Of a stretch of DNA of 64,000 bases, positions 26,796 through 39,334 are shown piece by piece. This stretch comes from Octopus bimaculoides (taxonomy: Eukaryota). The translations under genes and the position numbers were made by a program. The stretch's first letter is position 1, and each line of letters opens with the position of its first letter. The stretch is taken from positions 32,327,698 through 32,391,697 of the forward strand of contig NC_069003.1 of NCBI RefSeq assembly GCF_001194135.2. The letters are read 5' to 3'. The notes under the pieces are model-generated. The model worked only from the letters and a program-made list of their open reading frames with translations. It made no database searches and had not been told where the DNA came from.

Positions 26796-27107
26796 AATAA
26801 ACACACGCTCTGATCCTATTTCATTCACTTCTTTATTATTCATTTGTCAATTGGTTAACCAGTTAACTAATTGTTTGTCTGATTAATAGTTTGGTTAATC
26901 AAGCAATCAAGTTTGTCAAAGTCCTTTCATTGATATTCACAACCTCTTGAATGACATGTCTTCTCTATCTCAGGTCTGATTCAGGTCTCTGATTGATTAA
27001 TTAACTAAATGATTAATGAAACAATCAATCAGTTAACTTGTTAAATAGTTAACCAATTAACGAATAAATAATAGAGCAGCGAAATAGAACCAGTAGGTAT
27101 GTTTATC
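26796..27107. repeat. Imperfect ~310-bp foldback (long inverted repeat), possibly a MITE
   Basis: The left arm (ataaaacacacgctctgatcctatttc...caattggttaaccagttaactaattg) aligns with the reverse complement of the right arm (...agttaaccaattaacgaataaataatagagcagcgaaatagaaccagtaggtatgtttat). Confidence 0.7.
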
Positions 27108-27610
27108 TTTGGCATAATGACCTGCCTAACATACAACAAAATGTTTCAACACACAAGTTCACAATCTTGCAAACCAAAAGAAAAAAAAAAGAAGAAAAAG
27201 CTCATTAAATATTGCCAAAAAAAAAAATCAGTTTTGAAAGTTTTACATATTAGTCTTAAAATATTGTAGTTTTTAATAGTATCTGATGACATAGTACTTC
27301 ATATTACAACTCATAAATTAAATTAATAATTAGCAAATTAGAAACACATCGTTAGCCTGATTATCTATATAAATGTTTATTTAACACATGGATACATGTT
27401 CCACTCCAAAATCAGGATTATTATAAAAACCAAAAAATTAAAATTTTGACACACTGGGATAAAAATGTTTACCATCACTGACCTAACTGTACAGGTTCAA
27501 GTTTCTGTGTAGTCAAATCAAACTGATAAAAATTGCAGCCAAAATTTCCCTCAAGTCACACCCTGCTGTCTTAAAATATGGAGAGGAGAGGAAAAGGACA
27601 CATTAAATAA

Positions 27611-27832
27611 TACTGGGTGTCCACAAAGACTATCACAATTTGAAAAATTCAGGAAAAATATGGAAAGTGAGGATAACTCTGCAGAGTTTATTGGCAAACA
27701 AATAAAGTTTCATTAGAAACATCAAAACATTTCCATTTGGGCTCCATTGGTTGCAAAGAAGTTGATTGATAGATCTCAACTTTGATACAGTAAGTTATGG
27801 AAGTTGTATAGATAACTTATGAACATCCTCTA
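27611..27832. mobile_element. Tc1/mariner-type MITE
   Basis: TA-ctgggtgtccacaaag...acaattt and aagttgt...ttatgaacatcctc-TA form degenerate CAGGGTGT-type TIRs. Confidence 0.5.
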
Positions 27833-29578
27833 TAATTATGGCTCTATTTAACTGGAATGAACTTGAGGTTAAACAATAAACAGTGGCAACAACAATTACA
27901 AGTGAGGTCAGTGGTAAGGTGTGTGGGAAAAGGATTTGAGATAAGAGATAGAAGTTCCAGTCCAATATGGAGCTTCATATTGTATGTAATGTACACTGAG
28001 ACAATGTCTAACCGAAAGGAAATAATATAAAATCAAGAGAGAGGGTAAGAGAAAGAGAAAGTGTGTGTGTGTAAGACTGGGTAACAAATCATAGCGATTC
28101 AGCTTCCGAGAAGCATTTAAATAAGAAAAAAAGAAAAGAATATTGAAACGATTGGTTTTCAAGAATGATATAATGATGTCTGTTAAACTTTATTTTTAAA
28201 CTACAGATAAGGTGTTACTCATGATGTAAGTAGATATGTTTGCAACATGCCTGCAGGAAATGAATCCTTAAAACTGAATTGTGGATTCCTATTATATATT
28301 ATGTATATTATGCACCACCTACCAAAAATAAAACATCCTTCTTTTCCTTGTGGCCATTATCTCTATTAGAATTTCTGCTGAGAATCTTGTCCCGAGGCTT
28401 GATCTGAGGAATCCAAATTGTATAGGAGGAAAAACACATTTGATTTCTTGACTGTGTTTTCATTCTGACATTACAATACATTTAGGAATCAGTCTGTCAA
28501 AAGTCTATTTAGCAAATGAAAGTTGTGTTGGCAATGTTATTAGTAGCAACGCAAAGAAATTCTCGTGTAATAATACTGTCTACGCCACAGTATGTCAAAA
28601 GTAAATTTATTGCTATTATAATTTTTTATGTAGTTGGTTAGTCTGGTGTTTGTATCAATGTTTGTCATTATCCTGCTGAAGATATTGAATCACACAGTAG
28701 AATATCTTTGGCTGTATTAAGTTGCCAGGAGAGAAGCGGAGGGCTTGTGTTCAAGTCAGAATATAATATAAATTGTTTAGTAACATTTTATTTATTACAC
28801 GTAAAGGCTACAAATTGTTAAAGTATATAAATTTGATATTAACCACACAGCAAATATCTGTGGTTGTATTATAATGTTTGGAGGAAAGTGGAAGGTTCGT
28901 CTTTAAGTCAGAATATAATAAATCATTTTAAAGTTATGGTTTTGTATAATGAATGTTAGAGTACCCTAGTTCTCAAAAACTATGACAGTTTTATTCATTA
29001 CTGAGTATAGAACATCCTTTCAAATGAAATTAAATATTAAATTTGTTTCTGATTTTTGAAAGTATCTTCTGTATTGCATGATATATTATCTTCATTATTT
29101 GATGTCCACTTTTCCATGTTTGCATGAGTCAGACAAAATTTGTTGTGACAGATTTTCTATAGTCGGATGCTTTTCCTCTCACCAACCCTCACCTGTTTTC
29201 AAATGAGGTATAATTTTTTCATAAGCTAGACATGTTTTTCATGAAACACTGAGAATAAACAACCTTGTTTTTATGATGATGATGCTACTTTTATCACTCT
29301 TGGTACATGTCCTCAGAAACTCTCTGAAATATTTGTATTGGAGCTTCCAGCATGAACTCCGAGCAGTACAGCTTATCATTTCCAAGTTTCTGGCCGAGTG
29401 AACTGTGTCATGGTGCTGTTTTTCTCACAGACAGTGCCCAACCGAGCTTACTATACTGTGTAGTCGACAAAATCCAAAACAAACAATGTGTATGCATGAA
29501 ATTAAAATTATAAAATGGTATCAATTTACCCACCATACCCTGTATGTATGTATGTGTATATATATATATATATCATCA

Positions 29579-29579
<1 letters not shown>

Positions 29580-29612
<33 letters not shown>

Positions 29613-29820
29613 GTTTAACGTCCGCTTTCCATGCTAGCATGGGTTGGACGATTTGACTGAGGACTGGTGAACCAGATGGCAACACCAGGCTCCAATCTGA
29701 TTCGGCAGAGTTTCTACAGCTGGATGCCTTTCCTAACGTCAACCACTCCGAGAGTGTAGTGGGTGCTTTTACGTGCCACCGGCACGAAGGCCAGTCAAGA
29801 GGTACTGGCAACGGCCACAC
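29580..29820 (-). mobile_element. RTE 3' UTR/tail element (young, CpG retained)
   Basis: (cat)n-cgtttaacgtccgctttccatgctagcatgggttggacg...ctacagctggatgcc...gtactggcaacg. Confidence 0.8.
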
Positions 29821-30569
29821 TATATATATATATTATATATATATATATATATATACACACATGTGTGTGTGTGTGTCTGCATCTCCTTGTCTTGACATAG
29901 TTTTGTAGTTATAAATCAATTGCCACAATCAGAAAGTTTTCAAGCAGATGTCTGCTCAATCAGAGCTAAATTACATTTATCGCATTTTATTATATTTCAT
30001 CTTAGACACAAACCCTGCACTTCACTCTTAATGTTATGCAGTCACATATATCCGTTGTGTGGTTACTATCAAACTCGTATACTTTATCAAGTGTAACCCA
30101 GGAATATAATAATAAAATATTTAACACTTGCTCTGCTTGCCTGGGCCTGAAAGAGGAATTTTCCAAGTACAAATATTCAAAGAGAACACATGATAATAGA
30201 TAACAGAATGATTTATTGGAATATTAAATTCACCCCAGTAATTCGCTGTCTGTTTATTATATTAATGTAAGAACAATGAATGGCCAACATTGATTCTGAC
30301 AGTATTTGAACTCACAATATAAATAATTGTAATTACATGATTACACTGATTTTTTGTCCAGCATTCTATATGCTACCCACCAGAGTATATACAGTAAAAT
30401 GTACGGTGGTAACTGTTTTATTGACATGCAGAGATTAAATCTTTCAAGGTTTCTAAAGATCTTAGCTACACTGATATCTGTGGTTTTGCTTTGAGAGTTA
30501 AGTGGAAAGTTGATGTCAAAATATGAGTGTACTGTAACAAAATAAAGAGGTTACGGTTCTGTTTTAGTC

Positions 30570-31511
30570 TTAGTTTGTCAAGAAAGTTCTTGTGGTTTTT
30601 AACCTTTAAATTCAGATGCAACATATCTCGGCTCAAACAAAACTTTATTAATTGAAATAAACACCGTCAGAATCAACACACTTTTGCCAACACGAAACAA
30701 GTTTATTTATGCCAGGAGCGTAAAAATCCTGCGTTCTGGAGGTGATGAAGTCGTTGAAGGCATGTTTGGCATTGTCTTGGTTTTTGAAGTATTTCTCACG
30801 TAGGAAGTTGTCGAGATGCTTGAAAAAGTGGTAGTCAATAGGAGAGCAGTCTGGTAAATATGATGGATGAGGCAGAGTTTTGTAGCCCAATTCATTCTAC
30901 TTCTGCAGGGTCAGTTGTGCTACGTGCAGCGACACTTCAAAACGGCTTTTTTTTTAGTTGTCATTCAATTTGTGCGGCACCCATTTCTCAAGTATTTTTG
31001 TTTTTCCAAACTCTTTCAAGTGGTTGGAATCTGTCGTATACATTATGTCTAATTCAGAAGCAAGCTCTCGAACAGTTGTGCGTGGATTGGCTTCCACTAA
31101 GGCTCTTAGTTGATTGTTGTCAACATCCGATGGCCGACCACTACGCTTATCATCTTCAAGACTCTCGTCACCGCTATGAAATTTCTTGAACCACTATTGT
31201 ACTGCACGTTCATTAGTGGTTCCTGGGCCAAACGCATCATTGATATCGTGAGCTGTTTCAGCAACTTTTCGGCCTAGCTTGAACTGGAATTAGAAAATTA
31301 TGCGAATTTGCTTTTTGTCCATATTATATTCAACGTTCTGGAAAAAATGGCCTAATTATTCAAAAAGAAAAAGAGTAACACGATTAGATAGAGCGAAAAA
31401 CTGACTTTAAAGTGATATATAAAGTCAAAGTAATTTAACAAAAATGAATTTGAAAATACATCATTTAAAACCAAAATTTAAAATTCTGCAAGAACTTTCT
31501 TGACAACCTAA
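30570..31511 (-). mobile_element. Mariner DNA transposon, Hsmar1/cecropia-like, internally deleted
   Basis: TIRs TTAGTTTGTCAAGAAAGTTCTTG (30570) and reverse-complement TTAGGTTGTCAAGAAAGTTCTTG (ending 31511, followed by TA). Transposase relic at 31322-30648. Confidence 0.95.
30648..31322 (-). pseudogene. Mariner transposase pseudogene, one frame with 4 stops and an in-frame deletion of the catalytic core
   Basis: MDKKQIRIIF*FQFKLGRKVAETAHDINDAFGPGTTNERAVQ*WFKKF...RSGRPS...KWVPHKL...RFEVS/LHVAQLTLQK*NELGYKTLPHPSYLPDCSPIDYHFFKHL...WQKCVDSDGVYFN. Confidence 0.92.
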
Positions 31512-31997
31512 TATATACAGGACAGTTGCAGTTGTTAAAAATATATAATTTCGAGATATGTTTCTTCATTGGAAATACCAGAAATCAATAAAGTCATAAG
31601 TCTTCTGTTATTTATTCAATTAACATTCACAGCAAACCAATTTTTTTGTGCCCTCAGACATTTATTTAATTTCTAGAACTACTAAACATTCTCTGAGTTT
31701 ATTTGAAAACCTTCTTGAGGGGGTAATTTACAACCTCTTACATGTTATGTAAACTAGATAAATTAATAATAAAAATAATTATCAGTTAAACTGAAACTGC
31801 AGCCTGATTTATATTTAGGTTAAGTCTGGGATTCAAAGAAACTGTTGAATATCTGTAACAGCTAGAATTACACATGTCTGTGGAACGCTCAGCCACTTGC
31901 ACGTTAATTTCACGAGCAGGCTGTTCCGTTGATCAGAACGACTGGAACCCTCGACGTCATAAGCGACGGAGTGCCAACACACATATTTGTAATGTAT

Positions 31998-32085
31998 ATC
32001 TATATAGAATGTATATAGGGTGTATATAGAATGTATATAGAATGTATATAGAATGTATATCTATATAGAATGTATATAGGGTGTA
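31998..32085. repeat. 11-bp minisatellite (TATATAGAATG)n
   Basis: About 7-8 units with a higher-order repeat of the tatctatatagaatgtatatagggtgta block. Confidence 0.9.
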
Positions 32086-32412
32086 GGCATGGTTGAGTGG
32101 TGAGAAGTTTGCTTCCATCCATATGGTCTCAGCTTCAGTCTCTTTGCATGGCACCTTGGGCAAGTGTCTTCTACTATAGCCTTCAGACTGACCAAAGTCT
32201 TGCAAGTGGATTTGGTTGATAGAAACTGAAAGAAGCCCAGTGTGTGTGTTACTGTCTCCTTGCCTTGACTTCTCATGAAAGATGCAGATGAATGTCACCA
32301 TCATACAAGGGATCTCCTTCATTTTGAGTCTTCTGTGAAAACCTATCTGGTCGTGGAGAATATTACCTCAGTTGGAAACAGTGGTGGTTGGTGACAGGAA
32401 ACGTGGATGTTA
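32082..32412 (+). mobile_element. SINE family A (A2)
   Basis: ggcatggttgagtggtgagaagtttgcttcc...ggaaacagtggtggttggtgacaggaa. Confidence 0.8.
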
Positions 32413-32584
32413 AATCCTTTGAATAAAACCCAGCTAAAAAAGGAAATCCACAGAACACAATGTTTGAAATATTAAAAATACTATTAATAAAAGGTAAATT
32501 ATACCCGACCCCTTTAATATCTTGAATATTGTCTATTGTAGAAGTATAACTGATTTATTGTACATAATTTTTAGCCACAAAATC

Positions 32585-32632
32585 TTATATGGACCCACCA
32601 AGGGCCATGTGGACCCCGTTTGAGAACTCCTG
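32585..32632 (+). mobile_element. hAT-type MITE terminal fragment
   Basis: ggacccaccaagggccatgtggaccccgtttgagaactcctg resembles GGTTGAGAACCCCTG-type hAT ends. Confidence 0.35.
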
Positions 32633-33239
32633 ATGTGTAATGGTTTTTAGTGAAGAGTTGTTGTCAGTGTTCATAACCTTCACAAAACCTCTGTGTCTGG
32701 TGAGATTGAGTTGGTCAGTTAGTATGGAGTCTGGACATCTGAAAGAACATGGTAAGGGTTGGCAGTAGATCTTAAAAATTCTGTTGAAATATACAAGAAT
32801 CTTGCAAAGTTTCATAGTCTGCTCTAATTTGAATAATGTTGTTGTCATCATTATTGTTGTTGTCATATTTAGTAGTGACTTGTCAATAAATAATGTCTAT
32901 AACTTTATCTGTTCAAAACATATAGTATTATTCCAAGTGAAAGGTGTCCAGTGTTTTCCCCTTCCACTTCCAACCACTAGCCTGCTGCTTTCCACTTCAT
33001 TTTGGCAGCTCTTGGAACCAAGTTAAAATTATGACTAGAGAACCAAAAAAAAACTCAGGTATGCCTGCAGCATGACAGCTTAATAGTAAAGTGGTTATTA
33101 GCAAATTTGATGCATTAAGCCAAGAAATGTTTATTATATTCCCTCTTGCATCATTATAATTACTTCCGTTTCTAATGACAAATAATGTTTATGTGTTTGT
33201 ATTACAATTAATTCAGAAAATAGGAATTTAAAAGGATTT

Positions 33240-33378
33240 TGGCATTAGTAAGGGTACCCAGCTGTAGAAGCTATGTCAAAGCTGACATTGTGGTCTTACA
33301 TAGCTTTGCAGCTCATTGGTCCCTATCAAACCATCCAACCTATGCAAGCATGAAAATGGATGTTAAATGATGATGAAG
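33240..33378 (+). mobile_element. RTE 3' tail fragment
   Basis: ggcattagtaagggtacccagctgtagaa...ccaacctatgcaagcatgaaaatggatgttaaatgatgatg. Confidence 0.65.
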
Positions 33379-33814
33379 ATTCAGTAAGATAAGGTTTGTC
33401 AACATTACGATGCACCAATGTCTGATATTAAACAGAAACAGGTGTGCTGATACTGTTGTGTATCTATTGCTTCCTGGATGACCCTAGATTACTCTCTTTT
33501 TCTCTAGAAGTCTCTCTTTTTCGCTCTCTATTCTTCTCTCAAATTATGGACTTTAAAGTAGTTTCTTTCTACTATTTTTCGTCTTCTCAAATATAACTGT
33601 GTGATTAAGAGGTTTGCTTCATAATCATCTGGTTCTGGGTTCAATCTCTCCATCTGGACACTTGAGCTAATGTCTTCTCTCATAACCTTTAGCTAACCAA
33701 AACTTTGTGAGTGGAATTACTTGGTAAACAGAAGATGTGGGAGTTCCTCGTGTGTTTGGGTTTTATTCATCGTCGTCATCTAATGCTTACTTTTGCATGC
33801 TTACATGCAATTAA

Positions 33815-34287
33815 ATGACTGGTTTTCCAAATTCTGCTGGCATTTTTCAGCAAGATAACACACCAATTCATATTAACAAGCATTCAATAGATTCCTTTTG
33901 TCAACATGGCATAGCACTGCTTGATTGGCCTCCATCTTCACCAGATTTAAATCCAATCAAAAACCTCTGGAGCACATAAAGTCACTGTGACCTTCAATGA
34001 AACAAAATGTCATTCAATCTTTTTTTTTTTTTTAAATTTGGCACAAAGATGATGAAATTAAGGAAATCTGCCAAAATCTGGTGGTATCTATACCCAGAAG
34101 ATTAGCCACTGTGTTGTTCATTCTAAAGGAGGCCCAATAAAATATTAAACTTAACTTGCAGTATTTTCTCTCTCTACTTAATTTCACATGTCAGTCTGGA
34201 AGTTATTCTTGTGTTATTTATTAAATAATAGAAAAAAATGTTTAAATATGTTTTTATGACATCAAGCAAACTTGCTGTCACACACTG
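33815..34287 (+). mobile_element. Tc1-family transposon, 3' half with right TIR
   Basis: Translates to IFQQDNTPIH...DWPPSSPDLNPIKNLW...SIPRRL...GGPIKY*. The end ...cttgctgtcacacactg/TA gives a reverse-complement CAGTG terminus. Confidence 0.85.
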
Positions 34288-34698
34288 TATGTATATATAT
34301 ATATATATATATATNNNNNNNNNNNNNNNNNNNNNNNNNNNNNNNNNNNNNNNNNNNNNNNNNNNNNNNNNNNNNNNNNNNNNNNNNNNNNNNNNNNNNN
34401 NNNNNNNNNNNNNNNNNNNNNNNNNNNNNNNNNNNNNNNNNNNNNNNNNNNNNNNNNNNNNNNNNNNNNNNNNNNNNNNNNNNNNNNNNNNNNNNNNNNN
34501 NNNNNNNNNNNNNNNNNNNNNNNNNNNNNNNNNNNNNNNNNNNNNNNNNNNNNNNNNNNNNNNNNNNNNNNNNNNNNNNNNNNNNNNNNNNNNNNNNNNN
34601 NNNNNNNNNNNNNNNNNNNNNNNNNNNNNNNNNNNNNNNNNNNNNNNNNNNNNNNNNNNNNNNNNNNNNNNNNNNNNNNNNNNNNNNNNTATATATAT

Positions 34699-35529
34699 AA
34701 AGGTGTTTGGCAAAATAATGGAAACACTTAGCATCATAACATCATAATTTTGAAATATCTATAAAACCATCATATGCTTGTTTATTTTTTATGTTTTTGA
34801 GTTTATTATTAGAGTTTCTTAATATATTTTGCTAAAATTGTTGTTTCAGAAAAAGGTAATTAAAATTCATTAAAACGTCAGAACTATTGGACTTTCAAAG
34901 TGGTCAAATTGTGGGTGCTCGTATGGCAGGCGCTAGCGTAATGAAAACAGCCGAAATGTTTGGTGTATCAAGAAGTACTGTCTCGAAAGTAATGACAGCC
35001 TTTGAAAAAAGAGCAAGAAACCTCCTTGTTGAAACAAAATTCCGGTAGAAAACCAAAAGTTTCGGATGGAGACCACCAGACTCTTACACAAATTGTTAGA
35101 AAGGACCACAAAAGTACAGCTCCCAAGATTACTGCAGAGCTTAATGACCACCTTGAGAAGCCAGTTTCCACAAAAACTATTTGCCAGGAGCCACAAAGCT
35201 GGATTTTATAATAGGGCTGCAATCAGAAAACCACTACTTTCAAAAACAGGAGTAAAAACCTACAGAATTGGTCCCTAGAGCAGTGAAAGAATGTTATTTT
35301 CTCAGACAAGTCATCCTTTACCTAATTTCTGACCACTAGCCGAGTATACATATGGAGACAGCCAAAAGAAACATTTGACCCAGACTGCCTTCTTCCAACT
35401 GTTAAACATGGAGGAGGATCTATGATGATCTGGGTGTGGGGGGTGGGGGGCTATATTTTGGAAATCCTCTGGCCCAATGGTTTCCCTTCATGGTAGAATT
35501 AATAGTCAAGACTACTTAAGCATTTTATC
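34699..35529 (+). mobile_element. Tc1-family transposon, 5' half (frameshifted), truncated at a SINE
   Basis: SELLDFQSGQIVGARMAGASVMKTAEMFGVSRSTVSKV...SGRKPKV...AIRKPLL...VIFSDKSSF...PTVKHGGGSMMIW. The probable left TIR aggtgtttggcaaaataatggaaacac follows (TA)n. Confidence 0.9.
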
Positions 35530-37359
35530 CTTTTGGGGTCGAGTACTGGGATCAATGTAATCGACTTATCCCCTCCCCTGAAATTGCTGGCCTTGTGCCA
35601 AAATTTGAAACCAATATTTGTACCTACATACCAACATAGTTGCTCGCCAACAATTTGCTAATTTGTTTCTCTCAACTCAGTCATTTGGTCATCAAATTAT
35701 TTTATTTATCTATTTTTATGCAATATTTGAAATAAGATATTTTGCTTTGTTCAGTTTTATTCTTTAAAGTTTTTTTTTTTTTCACATTTTGAATATTTTT
35801 GTTTATTTATCTTTGCTATACCTCTTGTTGCTGTAATCATCTATTTAGGTATATTCTAATTAAAGTTGCACATTGCAACGTTGCTATGAATTTCTGGTTG
35901 TATTTTTAAAATCTACTTTCTATACTATTTGCAAATTTGGAAGCATTTCAAGTAATTTTTGTGAAAAAAAAAAACCAAAAAAAAACCAAGTCTTTGTAAT
36001 CCTTACATTCTTTTCTGATGTTGTATTAATCTTTTATTTTAATCTTCTACATTTGAATTCTCAATAAATATTACTTGCAGGTATTTTTAATTTTATTTTT
36101 TATTCCTTCCCATTACTTCTAAATTCATGTGGTGGATATTTGTTTTTGTTTGTTATGTAATTTTGCTGTATTATATAAACCTTAAGCTATATTTGTTATT
36201 TTAACCTAAGAAGGAAAAAGCTCACTTGATCAGATTGGTTGAACATTTTGAGATCTGCATTTAAACTCTGTAACCAATTAATATATTTACATATTCAAAC
36301 CCCAGCAATATACAGCTTTTGCATTTATTTAACATATTTTGTCTGAGTAGATTATATAAAAATGACAGACATTGTCTTGGTTTTTTTTTTTTTTTTTTTT
36401 GGTATCTTTTCATCTTTTACTTGTTTTGGTCATTGGACTGCAGTCCAATGCTGGAACACACTGCCTTAAAGGATTTTAGTCGAATGAATCAACTCCAATA
36501 CTTATATTTTAAAGCTTGTACCTCTGCATCAGTAGTACTCCACCATAACCCAAATCTGAATTGCATCTCACCTAAGCTAACTCTGTTTCTGATCAATTAC
36601 ACTAAAACTTTCTGCTAATTTTCATAACTTAGTCCTTCAACTTGCTTCTTGGTCTAAATAAAAATATTTTACCTTAGAATATTATATAAAACACAGCCCA
36701 ACATATCTAGGATTTGAATTGGTCTAAATAAAGATATCTTGTCAAAATAAGTTGTTTTAAACAGGATTGTTCAGGTAATAATTCCTATGATGGTGAATTT
36801 TTAGATGCTGCAACATTTATACTTCCTGTGGTCAACATTCTTTTCTATATCAGTCATAATATCTGCATATGTTGGTTATTAAGCAGTGTTTCTGTGTTAG
36901 CCTCTCTTCAGTATATTGCCTTTTCTAACTTACCACCTTTTCTCCTGATCTATCATCATGTCTTTCTCCTCTCCACAATGATTAAAATCTCACTCAATCC
37001 CATTAATTCTCTGTTGTCTCCCAATGATTATTCATCCTGCCACCACCCCCAAAAATAGAGTTTACATTTCTCAAGATATGTGAAGGCAATTCCAATTAAG
37101 TTACCCTGAAACATAACTGATACACTCTCTATAGAGAGCATACCAGTTATTTGATGCATATGTCACAAGTTTTTAAGATATATATTTTTTATGGGGATGG
37201 CTAATGTTGGTTCCTTTGTAGATAATGTCTTCAATATGTACACAATATATTACTGGTGACATGATATGAGCTACTCTGTATTGATGTTATTGAAATGTAT
37301 GTATTGGACCATAATATTTGATAACTTGTTAATATATCTTTATATCTTTTATTTTGTAG

Positions 37360-37573
37360 ATCAATTAACACATGATTGCCCCCCTTCTCAAGCACTACAG
37401 TTAGGATTTGAACTTGCTCTCAAAGAAAGAGATGCTGTTTTAAGAGAAAATGCTAAAGCAGTAGAAGAACGTGATTCGGCACTTAGACAGTATCATTTAA
37501 TGAAAAATGAACGTGACCAGGCTCTGCATGGTTTGGAAAACCTAACTGGTAAAAGTACAAAAGCCAGCAATAC
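37360..37573 (+). CDS. Internal coding exon of the host gene; coiled-coil segment ([71 protein letters not shown])
   Basis: Acceptor ttttattttgtag/A, donor AC/gtgagt, 214 nt, phase 1 to phase 2, with an open, non-repetitive frame. ERD motifs recur in heptad register, resembling DLG5/CARD-MAGUK or MIPOL1-type coiled coils, but identity is not established. Confidence 0.85.
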
Positions 37574-37746
37574 GTGAGTATTTGAGCATAAACCTTGATT
37601 TTCCATCTTTCTTTCAATCTCTGACCACTTTTAAAAAATTTTGCATATTTTTTTTTAATAAGGACTTTCGAGNNNNNNNNNNTTCTTTCAATCTCTGACC
37701 ACTTTTAAAAAATTTTGCATATTTTTTTTTAATAAGGACTTTCGAG

Positions 37747-37925
37747 CGAGATCGTTGCCAGTGCCCCTGGACTGGCTCTTGTGCGGGTGGCACATAAAAT
37801 ACACCATTTTGAGCGTGGCCATCGCCAGTACCACCTGGTGTAGCCATCTGGTTCACCAATCCTCAGTCAAATCGTCAAACCCATACTAGCATGGAAAGTG
37901 GCCGTTAAATGATGATGATGATGAT
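37747..37925 (+). mobile_element. RTE 3' UTR/tail element
   Basis: gttgccagtgcc...ctggttcaccaatcctcagtcaaatcgtcaaacccatactagcatggaaagtggccgttaaa(tga)n; reverse-complement homolog of 29580-29820. Confidence 0.8.
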
Positions 37926-37989
37926 ATGAATTGAAAGGCTGCGTGGCCTTTGCATGTCCTTAGAAACCACTAAGGTTAATGATGCAGAT

Positions 37990-38177
37990 GATATTCTACC
38001 TGTTTTGTGTTCAAGCTGGCAAGATCCAGCCTCTCCCACCTACCCTACAATATCAGTCTAATAATAAACAATCACATCATTGAAATCTTGAAGCTATGTG
38101 GCAATACATGATTAATTAAAAATAATGTGAATAAATAAGCATTACATTTGACAGACTGATTTGAATGCTAAAGGGGG
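37990..38177 (+). mobile_element. piggyBac-type MITE, family E, 5'-truncated
   Basis: atattctacctgtttt...aagcattacatttgacag...gaatgctaaaggg. Confidence 0.8.
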
Positions 38178-39104
38178 GAAACATTTCACAACAAACATGG
38201 GCTGAGAGGAAATTCCAGATGACTGACTTTCGGAGAAGAAGGAATGTTGGTATTGGTTATGTGCGGGGCCTGTAGTTGTAGATGGATAAACAGTGTGAGG
38301 GTCACTAAGAGCAGAAAGGAGTCAGGTGAACATTAGTAGAGGTGGCTTGGACCCAGTCAACTCCAAGGAGCAGCTGTGGCAATAGTGGTAGAAAAGGTAG
38401 AATGAGGAAATAGCACACCTGTAGGTAAGAGGGTAGGGTGTTGGTGATAATGCCTTTTTTTCTCAAACGATCATCAAAGGAGTTTTCTTTTCTAATTCTT
38501 TCTATTTATATTAGAATCAGATTTTTCCATATTTCATCTACTAAGTAGTAAGATAAAATTACTTTACAACTCTAGCAAATTGATTTGTTAAAATGGTTAC
38601 ATGCATGTATTTTTATGACTAAATACATGCAAGTATACACACACACACACACACATACTCATACATGCACACACATGCTCTCTCTCTCTCCCTCTCTCTC
38701 TCATACACACATATTATACACACACATACACCCTCTCACATGTGCATTTATAATCATATACACTTACAGATATATGTATGTAACCATAATAGTTTAAGTA
38801 AAAATCCAGGCAATGCAGTGACTCAATTTTTAGATGTAAATATAGCGATAAGAGATAACAGCCATTATGTGTGTTTACCATGTAAACATTAGCAGATGTC
38901 TGAACATGCATGGAGATAATAAAATGTCTACAGAAGTATGAAATATCAGTCATAATATCTGTACTGCTAAAGATGTTTAGAGCCTGTACCACAAATGAAG
39001 CACTACATGTAGATATTTGTAGAATAAAACAAAGGGGCACATACATGGCTGTGTGGTTTCTCCAGATTTGATCATTTTGCATTGCACCTTGGGTAAATAT
39101 TTAA

Positions 39105-39312
39105 CATTTGGCACAAGGCCTGCGATTTTAGAGGAGGAGTAAGTTGATTATATTGATCCCAGTACTCAACTGGTACTTATTTTATTGACCCTAAAAGAAT
39201 GAAAGGCAAAACCAGCCTCAGCAGAATTTGAACTCAAAATGTAAAGGCAGATGGAATACCTCTGAGCATTTTGCCCGGCTTGCTAATAATTTTGCCAGCT
39301 CACCACGTTATG
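39105..39312 (-). mobile_element. SINE family B (first of a tandem pair)
   Basis: Reverse homolog flanked by GGTAAATATTTAA. Confidence 0.85.
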
Positions 39313-39334
39313 GGTAAATATTTAATGTTAGTTT

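Noticed and set aside
37608-37745. Perfect ~65-bp direct duplication
   Set aside because: The copies sit on either side of a 10-N gap, which indicates an unmerged contig overlap (assembly artefact).
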